A stretch of 64,000 bases of DNA from Octopus sinensis (Eukaryota): contig NC_043013.1 in assembly GCF_006345805.1 (NCBI RefSeq), forward strand, positions 42,718,001 to 42,782,000. Reading direction: 5' to 3'. The notes below the pieces were generated by a model. The model ran no database searches, was not told where the DNA came from, and saw only the letters and a list, made by a program, of their open reading frames with translations. The position numbers and the translations under genes were made by a program. Below, one piece after another: positions 49,117-62,137 of the stretch (position 1 is the first letter of the stretch; each line of letters starts with the position of its first letter).

Positions 49117-49834
49117 TGCAAAAACTAACACTTACTTTTTTCCAAGCTTAGATTCAAAACTAAATCTAATGTTTCTCACTTGTCTGATCCACCACTGACC
49201 AAAGAGGTGCAAAAGAAATTTCTTTGTTCAGTCACAAAATGATGGATTGTTTCCTTCAACCTTTGACCTCAGCCATGTCATTTAGGGTTCAAGTGGACAG
49301 GAGGTGACCTACATAGGTACAATTTCTCCTGTGGTATGTCTGTCCTAGCTGCCATGACCTTCATAAATACGGCAATCCGTCAAGGTACAGTCAGTCAGAA
49401 AGTCAGATTCTGAGACCGATAATTAGTGAGAGAAATAGTCAAGTCAGGGACGGGGAGAGAGAGAGAGACATGCCACGAGATACCCAGCCAGTAATTTCTC
49501 AAATATTCAACATGAACAACAGACGATGTTGCAGACCCTAAACAGACACCACTGAATGACTAACACATACACAGATATAAAACATGTCCGGATCTACCCA
49601 ATCATATTCACAGTATGTACCCGGTTAATTTCTTCACCAGCTCAAAGCAGTTGGTAATCATGTGAAGTGAAATATTTGTGTATACAAGTAAATGCAAGTG
49701 TCATTTAAATAAATTATTTAAACTACAACCCAATATTTTTCCATTGTTTTGCTTTGAAGTCGTCCACATGCCTATTTCATCTCCTATCTCAACATATTGT
49801 GCTACACCTTTTTCCACTACATTTGGTGACCCCG
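49117..49834 (+). mobile_element. LTR family C copy C2 (diverged) with PBS
   Basis: LTR 49117-49821; PBS TGGTGACCCCG at 49824-49834. Confidence 0.8.
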
Positions 49835-49891
49835 TCAAAGAATCACTGCCTTCACATCACCCATCAATGAATTAGAACTGGAAAACTCCTG

Positions 49892-50640
49892 TGTAAGAAT
49901 TAACACTTCCTTCTCCAAGCCTAGATTCGAAACCGAATCCAAGAATTCTTGGTCGTCCAAACCACGACGATCAACAGGTGCGAAAAAAGGTTTTCTTTGT
50001 CCTGTCAAAAATTGATTGATCATCTCCCTTTGACCTACGACCTCGTCATGTCAGGCGAAGTTCAACTGGACAGGCGCTGACCTATTTAGGTACAAACTCT
50101 GCTGCAGTATGTCTGTCTTTCTAGCTGCCACAAATATTATAGAACCGTGGTAAAACAAGAAAGGTGGGCAGACAAACGGGGTAGACAGACGAGATAGTCC
50201 ACCTACAGAAGGTTTTGGCAGAGACCGGGAGAAATGATTTGAAGTGCTACGATCGACTACTATTTCAAATGATCAACGCACACACACAAATACATTCATT
50301 CCTAATATGACTTCCACGAATGTACTCTGTATTTCTAGCAACTCGTAGCAGTTGCCTACATTTTGTATGTAGTGTACCTACATTTTGTATGTAGTGTATA
50401 ACGAATCAAACACTGTAAATAAATTATTTTCAATTATGGATCGGTTTACATATTTGTTTACATACACATTCCATTTGCATCTATGTTCATTGATACACAT
50501 ATAACCACTACATTTGGTGACCCCGTCAACGAATTGCGGCCTTCCCTTGAACCAGCTTCATCAACCGCGTCGAAGAATCACAGCTGGCACATCACCTGGC
50601 AACAAAAACAACTGAGAATTCCGGAAAACACAATGGCCCT
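49892..50640 (+). mobile_element. LTR family C copy C3 with PBS and gag leader
   Basis: LTR 49892-50512; PBS 50515-50525; 50526-50640 matches the leader at 55851-55962. Confidence 0.85.
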
Positions 50641-51740
50641 TTAACTTTAGGTACTCTTTACCTTTAGGTACCAGTCCATCTAGCCATACACAGGCTGTCC
50701 ACCCCTTAACATGATAGACTAGCCAATCATCCTAACATCAGCTATAACAGCAGTTTAATTTATCTTAGCATCTTCAGTGAGGAGAAAATTGTAACCGGAA
50801 TCTATGAGGCCATGCTTCATGTTTTCTTCTAACATTCATCAGAAGTACTTTGTAGCTAAGTATTAATTTGACAGATTTATTCATGTTATACCAGTTGCTG
50901 TATTTCCTTTTAGTGAGAGAACAAACATCGCAGTCAATTTTATCTTGTCTTCATATTTCTTGATGTTTATTACCTTGACTCTTATTAACCCAAAAGATAT
51001 TATATTACCCCCATATACCACAATGGTATATCATAATATACGGGGGTCCACATAGTCACCAAATGCTAGTTTGGACAAGCACCATACTGGGCTAAGACTT
51101 CCACAGAGCGATGCAAATCCCAAGTCCTACTCTGACCTCCCCATGGTACCACCTGAATCTAAACTAGCAGGAGAGGATGATTGCAGGTGTCTGGCGCAGT
51201 ATAACCAGACTGCTCCGAGCAGATAGGGCTTGTTATCCATGATCAGCAGCCTGTCTAAGAGAAGGACAAGCACCTCTCTGTCATCATCCCAGCTTGCTAA
51301 GCCACAGCAGATGAACCCTGGGTGTAAAGGGTAAGGCCAGTTCTGCACAGATTGCACTTCACTTTAAAACTCCACCATGCAAGCCAAAGGACCTGTCCAC
51401 ATCCACAACTCCCCAAGCCCTGTAATGATGGGGGGGGGCAGTAGGTTGAAGATGTCACTGGAAACCACAGCTCCCAATCTGCATGCAGGCAATTTGGGAC
51501 ATTGGTCACCTGGTGTTGACCAGAAGATGACAACATCACTTGGCAGATTCCTGAATGACCAAACAGCTTTATCTAGGGGGAGCACTGCTCATCCACAAAG
51601 ATCTGCACCAATCAGCTAAGGAATTGGCCCAGTAGATGGGATGCTCACGTGATGTCACCTGTCACTTTTATTCAATGAGGTAAGGTCCAAAAACCTCAAT
51701 GCATGAGTGATTAGCTCTAAAAGAAAAGGAAACCGCACCT

Positions 51741-54180
51741 TTCAACGTGATATGGAGCATTCTAGACAGAGCGGTACCATACAGACATGGAGCACACAAG
51801 AAAAATTTTAAGTGTAATCTTTGCCTGTTAGAGAAACTTTATATTTTATTCAAAGACTATAATTCTTTGAATTAAAGAAGTGAGCTGATGAACTCATGCA
51901 GGCACGCAACCAAATTTAAAATGTCAAACATAAATATGCTGCTTTAAATAAAGCATATTACTCTACCACTGGTATTTGAGTACTCTTTTTTCCACCTTGT
52001 TTCACATTTATGTGTTTACTCCGGTCTAACCCGCTCCTTATAAAAGTTTGAGCGACTCTGCACAAGTAGGAAGAATAAACAGCTGAAAAAGATGGAACTT
52101 TACCCGCTGGATTTTTCTCAGAAAAATATACCTATCCCTGCATGGAAGCAATATCTCAAAGGTCTTATAGAGAAAATGGAAGAGTTTGTTCGAAGATTGA
52201 GATGGAAAGCCTTCTTCTTTGATACTAAAAGAAAACCGACGGAAACAAATATGGACTTAAATCTCCCAGAAATCCACCACCTATTCCGGAATTAGAAGCC
52301 TTCGAGAAAGACCTTTTCGAACTTATTAGGAAAATTAAATTCCGCAAATATAGCAACCAATTACAGAGAAATATGAAAGAAAAAATTAAGGAGATTAACA
52401 ACTCGAATAAGATCTTCGTTAATTCTGATAAGACAAGGAACTTATATGCACTTGATAAGGACGTTTATAAGCGTCTGATTTCAAATAGTGTCACAGATAC
52501 TTACAAAAAAGATAACGCAAATATATACAAAGAGGTGAATTTGGAAGCAAGAGGAATAGCTAACAATCTTAAGATTAGTGATAGGATTGAATATCTTTCC
52601 CCATGACCAGCTTTTATTACACTAAAAGACCATAAATCCAATTTTAATAGAAACCCCAAATGTAGATTGATAAATCCGGCTAAAACTGAGATAGCCATTA
52701 TTAGCAAATATATTTTGGACCGTATTTTAACTAAGTTAGATAGTGAATTAGACTTGAGAATTTGGAAAAATAGTAAGTCAGTCATAGAGTGGTTTAAAGG
52801 TATTAGCTATAAGAATAATTGCAGTTTTACACAATTCGATATTATTGACTTTTACCCGTCAATATCTAGGACATTACTCCTAAGGGCATTGGACTTCGCC
52901 AAGCAGTATGTCGGCATCGATAGCTCGGAAATTGATATTATCGTGCATGCAGGAAATCACTTCTTTTTTTCAAGGATTCCACCTGGATTAAGAAGAGTGA
53001 GGATTCTCTTTTCGATGTACCGATGGGGGCATATGACGGGTGAGAGTTATGTATGCTCATAGGAGCCTTTATTCTTCATAATCTAAAAATAGAATTCCCA
53101 TTTATAGATGCAGGTTTATATAGGGATGACGGCCTTATAGCCACCCATAATTTAAATGGCCATGAATCAGATAGACTTAGGAAGGACCTTATTGCTTTCT
53201 TCCAAAGGATGGGCTTACGGGTTACAATAGATACTAACCTGAAAAGTCTAGATTTTTTAGATGTAAATTTTAATGTAAGGTCAGATAGATTTAAACCTTA
53301 TCGTAAGCCCAATGACAAGCTATCGTATATTAGCAAAGATTCGAACCATCCGCCAGTTATCCTTCGGAACTTAGTCAGCAATGTAGGTAGAAGAATATCT
53401 TCAATTTCTTCGGATGAGGCAGCATTCCATAATGCTGCACCTTATTACGATAGCGCATTAAGGAATAGTGGATTCTCTGAGAAGATCCAGTACAACCAGC
53501 TTGATGCTGGTAATAATGCTGCGTGAAGAACTAGGATCAGGAAAGTTTTGTGGTTCAACCCGGCTTTTAATTTGGCCGTAAAGACTAATATAGGTAAGGA
53601 ATTTTTGAAATTAGTCTCTAGGCATTTTAAGCAGGACCATAAATTCTATAGAATATTTAATAGAAGAACCCTTAAGGTTAGCTATTCTTGTTGCAGAAAT
53701 TTCACCTCTTACATTAGCCAGCATAATAGGAATCTGATTGATATTAAGCATGGTGCCGAGCCCCTTAAGAAATGCAATTGTAAAAATGAATCCTCCAGTC
53801 CGTTGGAAGGAAAATGTTGAGTAAAAGGGGTCGTTTATAGAGCCAAGGTACAAATAGAAGTCTCATCGGAATGCAAGACCTATACAGGGGCTTCAGAAAA
53901 TGCATTTAGATACCCAGAAAATAGGAAGAGGACCAGCCTAGCAAAATATGTCTGGGAACTAAAAGAAAAGGAATCCCCACCTTTTAACGTTACATGGAGC
54001 ATTCTGGACAGAGCGGTACCATACAGACATGGAGCACACAAGAAAAATTTTAAGTGCAATCTTTGCCTGTTAGAGAAACTTTATATTTTATTCAAAGACA
54101 ATAATTCTTTGAATCAAAGAAGTGAGCTGATGAACTCATGCAGGCATGCAACTAAATTTAAAATGTCAAACATAAATATC
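51741..54180 (+). mobile_element. Penelope-like element (RT + GIY-YIG), decayed, with partial tandem terminal repeat
   Basis: ORF pieces 52092-54170: FITLKDHK, FDIIDFYPSI, GLYRDDGL, VVYRAKV...TYTGASENAF, RSELMNSCRH. Direct repeat 51741-51935 = 53985-54178. Stops and frameshifts present. Confidence 0.9.
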
Positions 54181-55196
54181 CCATATGGATAGAGTATATT
54201 TTATCTTTTTGTATTTTTGAATTTTGATTCTTGGACTAGTCTGTAAACGCACCGATGGATTTGTTTCGCGCTATGCAGATTTCATTCCGTATAGCAAAGT
54301 CTCGTGCATATATTTTGTTTATATTTCTACATATTCCTTAGGAAAAACCTTCGGCTTAGTTTATTTCATGTTATTATATTTTATAGGCTTACTTTGATAT
54401 TTAATTTATAGATGATCCGAAATAGGGTGTTATATTTTACATGTCTTTCGTATAATTTTTTATTATTACACTTACCATTTTTAAAAAATCAATGTTGTCA
54501 GAACCTAGGCATTTTGATGTAAATATGTGTATAGCCACGAATATGTATTTGTAAGCATACATCTTTGTATATGTGTAAGTGAGCGTATGTTTGTACTTAA
54601 GCACATACATACACGATTGTATGTGTATGTATCCACTTGAACTTGTGTGTTTGCGTACTTGTCTCTATATATATGTGGCAGTATATCTGCTTACACAGTT
54701 TGTATACATAATTTTTCTTCTTTCGTTTCCCCCCCCCTTTTTTTCTTCTTTTTTCCCTCTCTTCCCTTTTTTCTCTCTCTTCCTTTCTTTCGTGTTTTCT
54801 CTCTCTTACTTTTCATTACTTGTGGAGTCATGTAACTTTACGTCCCCCCCCTCCCTTACCCATGTCTTCAACTTTATATCCATGATTTTAGCTTATAGTC
54901 TTTATAGATACAGTGGTTTTGCGTGCAAACTAGATTGTGTATGCATATGTGAACATGCATTTGTTTGTATATTTTAGCTTTATATTTATACGTCTGTATA
55001 TGTACGTGGTCTGCAAGCATCTATCTGTGTATGTTGATGTATATATATGTATAGTTTAATATGAATATGTACTGCCGTGTAATATTTTAATGTATTTTGA
55101 CATTTTAATTTCAATTTCCATGTATTAATTATATTTCCTTTATTAATGACAATATGTGTTTTATTCAATGTAAGGTTTTTTTCCTCGAATTTTATA

Positions 55197-55245
<49 letters not shown>

Positions 55246-55301
55246 TTTTTTGAGCTCATTTCTGTTTATCGCTCGAAAATTGACCATTATTTGTAAAGGA
55301 C

Positions 55302-58085
55302 TGTAAGAGTTAGCACTTCCTTCTCTAAGCTTGGATTCGAAATCGAATCCAAGAATCATCGGTCGTCAAATACCAATGCATGTATAGGCGCGAAATTAAG
55401 AATCCCTTTGTTCTGTCAAAAAGTGATTGATCATCTCCCTTTGACCTACGACCTGAGCCATGTCAGGCGAAGTTCAACTGGACAAACGATGACCTACTTA
55501 AGTAGCAACTCTGTTGCAGTATAGCTATCTTTCTAGCTGTTTGAGATATAAATACAAAGGGGAAAAACAGAGAAACACACAATCGGAGCTGACACAGCAG
55601 CAGACACCCCACGTTTTGGAGACGACTAGAGAAATGCCTACAGGTTACTGTTCTGAATGATTCACGCACACACCCACACACACACAAACATATTCATCTT
55701 TAATATGTGTTCTGTACAAGCAATGCATAGCATTTGCTTACATTTTTATGCAGTGAACTTATAACCCATGTATATAAATCCCTTTGTAAGCATGAAACAG
55801 TTTATGTATTTATTTACGCACACACGCATCCACTACATTTGGTGACCCCGTAAAACGAATTGCGCCTTCCCCGGAACCAGCTTCATCAACCGCGTCGAAG
55901 AATTACAGTTTGCACATCACCCGGCAACGAAGCACCTGAGAATTCCGACGAACACAATGGACCTCCCGGAACAGAATCCAGCGGCCAATATCATACCTCC
56001 AATCGATATGGCATTCCAAGCGGCGATTTCTTTGAAAATTCCACCATTCTGGACCCACGACCCTGCATTATGGTTTTACCATATAGAGGCACAGTTTTCC
56101 TCTCACAGAATACTGAGCGATGCGTCTCGACTTTCGCATGTTATCGGTTCTCTGTCGCCAGAAATAACAAACGTTGTCCATGATCTTATCATGGCACCAC
56201 GTGGTTCTGTGTCGTACGACGTTTTTAAAACCACGCTGATAAACAGAACCTCCGAATCGCAACAGAAACGACTTCACCAGCTTCTGATATCGGAAGAATT
56301 GGGTAACAAAATGCCGTCCCAGCTTCTTCGTAGAATGAAGCAGCTTCTCGGAGATGAAAGCCTCCCAGAAAAAATTTTCAAGCAGCTTTTTCTCCAGCGT
56401 CTGCCCTCCAATACCCAGGTTGTTCTCGCTTCTACCAGAGAAAATACACCCATTGAAGAACTGGCGGAGCTAGCTGACAAAATAGCCGAAGTACCGCACA
56501 AATATCCAACGGCATCGACAGTGACGCCAGCCACTCCCAGCAGTTCTTCCGAGATTTCGGATTTGCGTGTATTAATGACGCAGCAAGCTGCTCAAATACA
56601 AATCCTCACAGCCCAAATACAGGCCCTAAAGCTTAGTCTCCAGCGTCGAAGCACCAGCCGATCGGACGAGATGGCAGACGGTCCCGAAGCCCCAGTGTTA
56701 CCTGCAACTCACATGACACGTGTTGGTACCACCGAACATTCAGAACATGGGCACAAAAATGTACGGTACCGTGCTCGTTTTCCTCACCCAGTTCGGGAAA
56801 CGGCACAGCCAGGAATTGAACGCGACGGAAGTTCCTGGCTCGCACCCACACAGTCGCCTGTTTTTCGTTTGCAATCGGGTAACAGGCACGCGTTTCCTGG
56901 TTGACACCGGTGCGGAAGTCAGCATCATCCCAGTCTCCAACACTTCTGGAAAAAGAAAAGAGACATCAGTCTGTCTTCAGGCAGTCAACCATTCACCCAT
57001 CCCAACCTACGGTCAACAGTCCCTAACATTGAACTTAGGACTACGCCGCACATTTCAGTGGGTATTCGTCGTCGCTAAACTGCCGACCCCTACATTAGGA
57101 GCCGATTTCCTGCATCATTTCGGTCTCCTGGTAGACATAAAGAACAGACGACTTGTTGACAGCACCACCAAGCTTACTGTGCGCGGTATAGCCGCTCGTA
57201 TGGCCACAGTCAGCCCAACTGTAATGCTTACAACAACGACTCGTCACAGTTCCATCCTGAATGAATATCCAGACGTTGCTCGACCAGTATTCCACAACCA
57301 GCCGATCAAACACGACGTTACCCACCACATCAAAACCAGCGGTCCACCTGTTGCTGCAAGGCCCAGAAGATTACCACCTGATCATCTCCAGGCTGTCAAG
57401 CGGGAATTCCAGCACATGCTCGACCTCGGAATCATCCACCCTTCCAGCAGCAACTGGTCCTCGCCGATACACTGCGTCCCAAAAAAAAATAATCGACAGA
57501 GGACGTCAGTTCGATTCCCACCTCTTCACCAAGCTGACTCGTCTCCTTGGGTGTAAACACACCCGTATTACGGCTTACATCCCTGCAGCAAATGGCATGG
57601 TCGAACGTTTTCACCGCCAACTCAAAGCATCTATAAAAGCAGCTTCAGACAGTTCTCACTGGCTGGAACATCTCCCTCTCATCATCCTTGGTATTCGATC
57701 CATGGTTAAGGATGAACTTGGACATACTCCAGCTGAACTCGTCTATGGCACAGCACTCACCTTACCTGGGCAGATGATCAAATCTGTTTCATCACAAGAC
57801 TTTCCTGACCCAGCAAAATATGTGCACCGATTGCACCCATCCATGCCGCATTTATCACCTGCAGGCCCCAGACAACAGAACGTCGTTTCACGTGTCCCAA
57901 AAGACATCAACACTTAGACTCATGTTTTCGTGAGGAATGATAAGATACCATCTCAACTTCAGCCACCATATTCCAGGCCTTACAAGGTTATCAAAAGAGA
58001 ACACAAGTATTTCGTTCTTGATATTGAAGGTAAATAAAATACGGTATCGATTGATCGTTTGAAGAAAGCCTTCATCGAGGAGGAC
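55302..58085 (+). mobile_element. Ty3/Gypsy element, 5' LTR + gag + protease + deleted pol, no 3' LTR
   Basis: LTR 55302-55837; gag ATG at 55957 (FWTHDPALWFYHIEAQF); protease FLVDTGAEVS; RT start PSSSNWSSPIHCVPKK fused near 57490 to integrase core (NGMVERFHRQLK); ends SIDRLKKAF. Confidence 0.92.
55840..55850 (+). promoter_or_regulatory. Primer-binding site, probably tRNA-Trp
   Basis: TGGTGACCCCG 2 nt after the LTR CA; complementary to the recalled 3' end of eukaryotic tRNA-Trp (...CGGGGUCACCA). Confidence 0.7.
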
Positions 58086-59640
58086 TTACATTCAGTTCCC
58101 TCCTTTCCTCGAACGGACTCATCCCGGATTAAGGTTAAAAATATCCCGCCGGAGATTGAGATTGTATGGATAATTGCCACCCTACTATATGGGAGAGAGG
58201 AGAAAATAAAAATAATATCTCCAGAGATGCCCCACGAAACTGGCAAGGGCAAACTCTGGAGATCTTGGCCCTGGCAACAACAATGGACCTGGAAAAATTA
58301 CCAGAAAAAATATGCATTGGCAAAGACACCATATTAGTTGTGCATGTAGAGGGGAGGAAACCCAGGTGCTTAAAATGCGGAAAAATGGAGCACCTGAGGT
58401 TGAAATGCCCCCAACAGAAAAAAATACAGGAACAAAAAGCACAGGAGAAGGAACAGGAAGAAAATGTAGAAGAGTTGGCGCCCTCAGCCACGGAGGCTGT
58501 TACACTGAGGGTAGCCACTGAACTAGAACCAATTGAAAAACCAGCTGAAGCCACACCGCCAGCAGAAGAAATGGACTTCAAGACAGTGTCGTGAAAAAGG
58601 TGAAAGAAAGCAGTTGAGTCGCCTACTAAAGAAGCAGTTCTGAAAAACAAAGAAAGGAAAAAAAAATAGCACCAATAATTCAATGATGGGGATAATTAAA
58701 CCCCACTTACAAAGTAAAATATACCTAATGAGTAACAGTAAAAATCCAAACAGTATTGCGAAGATCCCTAAAGAACTTTACAAGGACTTCAAGAACAGAT
58801 TTCCTAAAGAAATTATTGAGCTAAAAGACTTACCAAAAGTGTTCAACCCACCAGAAGAACCGCCCATGGAAGAAATAAAGGGGGAAATCCTACCCACACC
58901 AGTGCTGAGAATGATCCCTCTAGACTAAAATGTAAGTAGACTTCCTTCTTTTCCCGTTTTTGTCATGGCCACGCAACATATAGGTTTTCTAAATGTGCAT
59001 GGCCAGAGTTCGAAGTGGAAGCATGCCTGTTTCCTTGATGATCTCAGGTCACATAAAATTGATATTATGGTTGCTATAGAGAGCAAGTTGGACAAGCTGC
59101 AGGCCTTCTCAAACCTCCTGAAAGACTATGAGAAAATCCTATCTCTTAGTCAGACAGGGGGAGGGGTGGGGGTTGTGGTTTTGATCCAGAAAAGCCTCGC
59201 TCTGCAGACACGCAGTCTTTGTAGACCCAGAAGGTAATCCAGTCATCCTGGATCTGACTTTCAGTGGTAAGACCTGAAGGTTGATAGGTATTTACGCACC
59301 TTGCACAACAGGTAAACGGAATGAGTTCTATCAATGCCTGGAGGATTTTCTTGTGACATCAAGGACGATAGTAATGTTAGGAGACTTTATTTCTGTTCTG
59401 GTCGCACGCCTGGACAATGTTGGCTTGACCGATAGGAAAAGTAAGAGTTGAGTAATGGTACCACTGAAGACAACTTCCTGAAGCAGTTATTTTTCTCAAG
59501 GCTTGTTTGTTCCATTCTTGTGATTATGGTCAAAACCAACACAGTTGACCGGTTGGCTTCTGCAGACCACAAAATTTGAGAATTTTCGAATACTTCCTCT
59601 TCAGCAGATAAGATTGTGGCTGGCACAGGTATTTGTACTT
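58086..59640 (+). mobile_element. Decayed Tx1/L1-like LINE (ORF1 3' part + APE endonuclease)
   Basis: VEGRKPRCLKCGKMEHLRLKC; ORF2 start MATQHIGFLNVHG...IESK...GGGVGVVVLI; disrupted. Confidence 0.8.
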
Positions 59641-59869
59641 TTTTGACTAGTGTTGAGAGAGGTGGTAGTTTTGTTGTGATGGGAGGTTATATATATATAT
59701 ATTCATTTTTTAAGCATTGATTCGTAACCCTAAATCCCGTTTCTCTATTATTTGTTTCGCCATCTTGTATGCATGGCTTCCTGTCTGTCATGCATTTTAA
59801 ATTCCTCCTTTAATTTCAGTGTCATCCCATTGTTATTCCATCCCCAGAATTCACTACAATATTCTCCCT

Positions 59870-60375
59870 CTCTCCTATTTATATTATGTTTTAATCGAAC
59901 CCCGAAGTTTCTAGATGTTCAGTAATTTCTGTCGCAGAAAATTCCCTACGTATTAACTTAAAACCTGTTGTTCAAAGATACCCTAAATTCCATACGAAAT
60001 ATTTTCTCTCTCTCTTATTTATATTACATTCTTCTCGAACCCCGAAGTTTCTAGATGTTCAGTAATTTCTGTCGCAGAAAATTCCCTACGTATTAACTTA
60101 AAACCTGTTGTTCAAAGATACCCTAAATTCCCTACGAAATATTTTCTCTCTCTTATTTATATTACATTCTTCTCGAACCCCGAAGTTTCTAGATGTTCAG
60201 TAATTTCTGTCGCAGAAAATTCCCTACGTATTAACTTAAAACCTGTTGTTCAAAGATACCCTAAATTCCCTACGAAATATTTTCTCTCTCTCTTATTTAT
60301 ATTACATTCTTCTCGAACCCCGAAGTTTCTAGATGTTCAGTAATTTCTGTTGCAGAAAATTCCTTACGAATTAAA
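59870..60375. repeat. Tandem array of about 4 x 140-bp units
   Basis: cgaaccccgaagtttctag at 59896, 60036, 60174 and 60314 (periods 140, 138, 140). Confidence 0.92.
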
Positions 60376-60672
60376 CATGTTGTCCCTTAGCTCTCTCTCT
60401 CTCTCTTCCTTCCCCCCTCTCTCTTTCCTCATGCTTCCACCTGATAATCCCCCCCCAATCCCTAACTCTTTATAAAGCAGTGTTCGATTTATCTCGTCCC
60501 GTCTGCGTTGTGAGAAAATTGCTGCCTCCATTTAAGAGAGCTCGAATTTGTGATATTATTGTTTGTGTTAACTGTTTTGAAAAGTGCCCGTTGTAAAACG
60601 GTAATTTTCGCCCTACGGGACAGAAAATTTGTATTACCTGCATTTTTGTTACCTTGAAGGTAATTTTTTGAA

Positions 60673-62109
60673 ATGGAGTTAGACTTGACATCGAAGGAAG
60701 ATTTCCCCGTGATGGGAAAAAGTGAAAATAAGGATAATGAAGTACCCAAACAGTCATTCTCGGCCGCGGTGGGCGGCGCCATGATGGAGGTCGAATTTAA
60801 AATCGAACAGCTATATGAATACAGGAACCTAGTAAAAGTGGAAGGAGGCGAGATAAGGCTTGTACCGCCGCAAGCAAAAGTACAAGAAATCAAAGAAAGA
60901 ATTGTGATCTACAAAGTATACAGCTTTAAAGAAAAAAAGATTATGGATGTGAAAAATGAAATTGTCGAGAAGTGCCTGTCCCCGGTGTGGGACAAAATTC
61001 GTCATGTCGTGAGAGGTGCACGCAGTGCTACGGTCGAGGCGCACTTTGACACGGCAGAGGTGGCGAAAGAGGTGTCGTCGTTGACCCTAAAAAACGACGA
61101 CATCATGCTACTACCCTCGTATATGGGGAAGCGAACTGCAAAGCTAATGGTAGAAGACATACCCAGAGGGTACGACATCATGTGGGTAGCAGCGGCAGTC
61201 CTGCACAACATGGAACGCGAAATAACAATACTGCAAATGAGAAGGAAGGAGGTGGTACGGTGGAAGGGCCAGACCCTGGAGCTCCTCGTGCAGGCGGAGA
61301 ACAAAATCCTGGAAAACCTGCCCGACAGAATATTTAATGAGGACGGCACGTCCATGAGAGTTTCGGTGGAGGGACGTAGACCCAAATGCTTCAAGTGTGG
61401 AGAGAAGGGTCACGTCCGATCCAATTGCATTAAAAAGAAAAAAACAGAAGAAGCGCCTCCTCAAAGTGTCCCTATCACTGAAGGGGAGGAAACAAGCAAA
61501 AACAACAAAAAGACAAAGACAAGCACGGAAACAAAAGCGGACCATACAGAACTAATGGACTACACACAAGTCACTCATAAAAGAAAAAAAGAGAATACCC
61601 AGGACTCCCCTCCCCAAACAAGGAAAAAAACAGCAAACACAGCAGACACACACATCAAGCAAATCCCCCAACCCTACCCCCATGGCACTGTTTTCATTGG
61701 AAAACAGTTTGCCAAGCCCCTCCCCATAAAACAAGACATAAAAAAGTGCATACAGAAGAACGAAAGGATAATAGCTTTCGATGAGAAAAATGAGAAAGTT
61801 TATAATTGTTGCAAACTTTCGAGATTTATACTGTATAGTAGAACCTCAGATGGGAAAGCAACCGCTCGCTTCGCGAAGGTAGGGGAGAACGAGTGGAAGG
61901 AGGAGGTTCTTCAGGAACACCTGAGGAACCGTCTAATAAGAGATGTGACCAAGGAGGTAATGGAGGGCAAACTGACAATAACCCCGGCAACCACACCCAC
62001 CCAGAGCCCAGTGGCAACGCCGGTCAAGAGCCCTGCAGCAGCAACTACAAGGGAGGAAGAAGGGGAAGCAGGCAGATCCAAACTGTCATGCTCCCTTTCC
62101 CAACCGTGA
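60673..62109 (+). CDS. Tx1/L1-like LINE ORF1, intact (478 aa, zinc knuckle)
   Basis: VEGRRPKCFKCGEKGHVRSNC; immediately upstream of an APE/RT ORF2. Confidence 0.85.
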   Translation: MELDLTSKEDFPVMGKSENKDNEVPKQSFSAAVGGAMMEVEFKIEQLYEYRNLVKVEGGEIRLVPPQAKVQEIKERIVIYKVYSFKEKKIMDVKNEIVEKCLSPVWDKIRHVVRGARSATVEAHFDTAEVAKEVSSLTLKNDDIMLLPSYMGKRTAKLMVEDIPRGYDIMWVAAAVLHNMEREITILQMRRKEVVRWKGQTLELLVQAENKILENLPDRIFNEDGTSMRVSVEGRRPKCFKCGEKGHVRSNCIKKKKTEEAPPQSVPITEGEETSKNNKKTKTSTETKADHTELMDYTQVTHKRKKENTQDSPPQTRKKTANTADTHIKQIPQPYPHGTVFIGKQFAKPLPIKQDIKKCIQKNERIIAFDEKNEKVYNCCKLSRFILYSRTSDGKATARFAKVGENEWKEEVLQEHLRNRLIRDVTKEVMEGKLTITPATTPTQSPVATPVKSPAAATTREEEGEAGRSKLSCSLSQP

Positions 62110-62137
62110 GTACACTTATCCTTCTCTCTCACCCACA

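Noticed and set aside
50811-50842. Minus-strand CTGATGA-ATGTT...AACAT-GAAG hammerhead-like motif
   Set aside because: GAAG instead of GAAA, and no stem I partner. At most a decayed Penelope relic; if real, it would be one exception to the + strand bias.
51100-51700. Possible degenerate Gypsy integrase (PGCKG*GQFCTDC)
   Set aside because: Too decayed to call by eye; excluded from the orientation count.
59870-60375. CRISPR-like array
   Set aside because: Units are wholly repeated with no unique spacers, and the context is eukaryotic.
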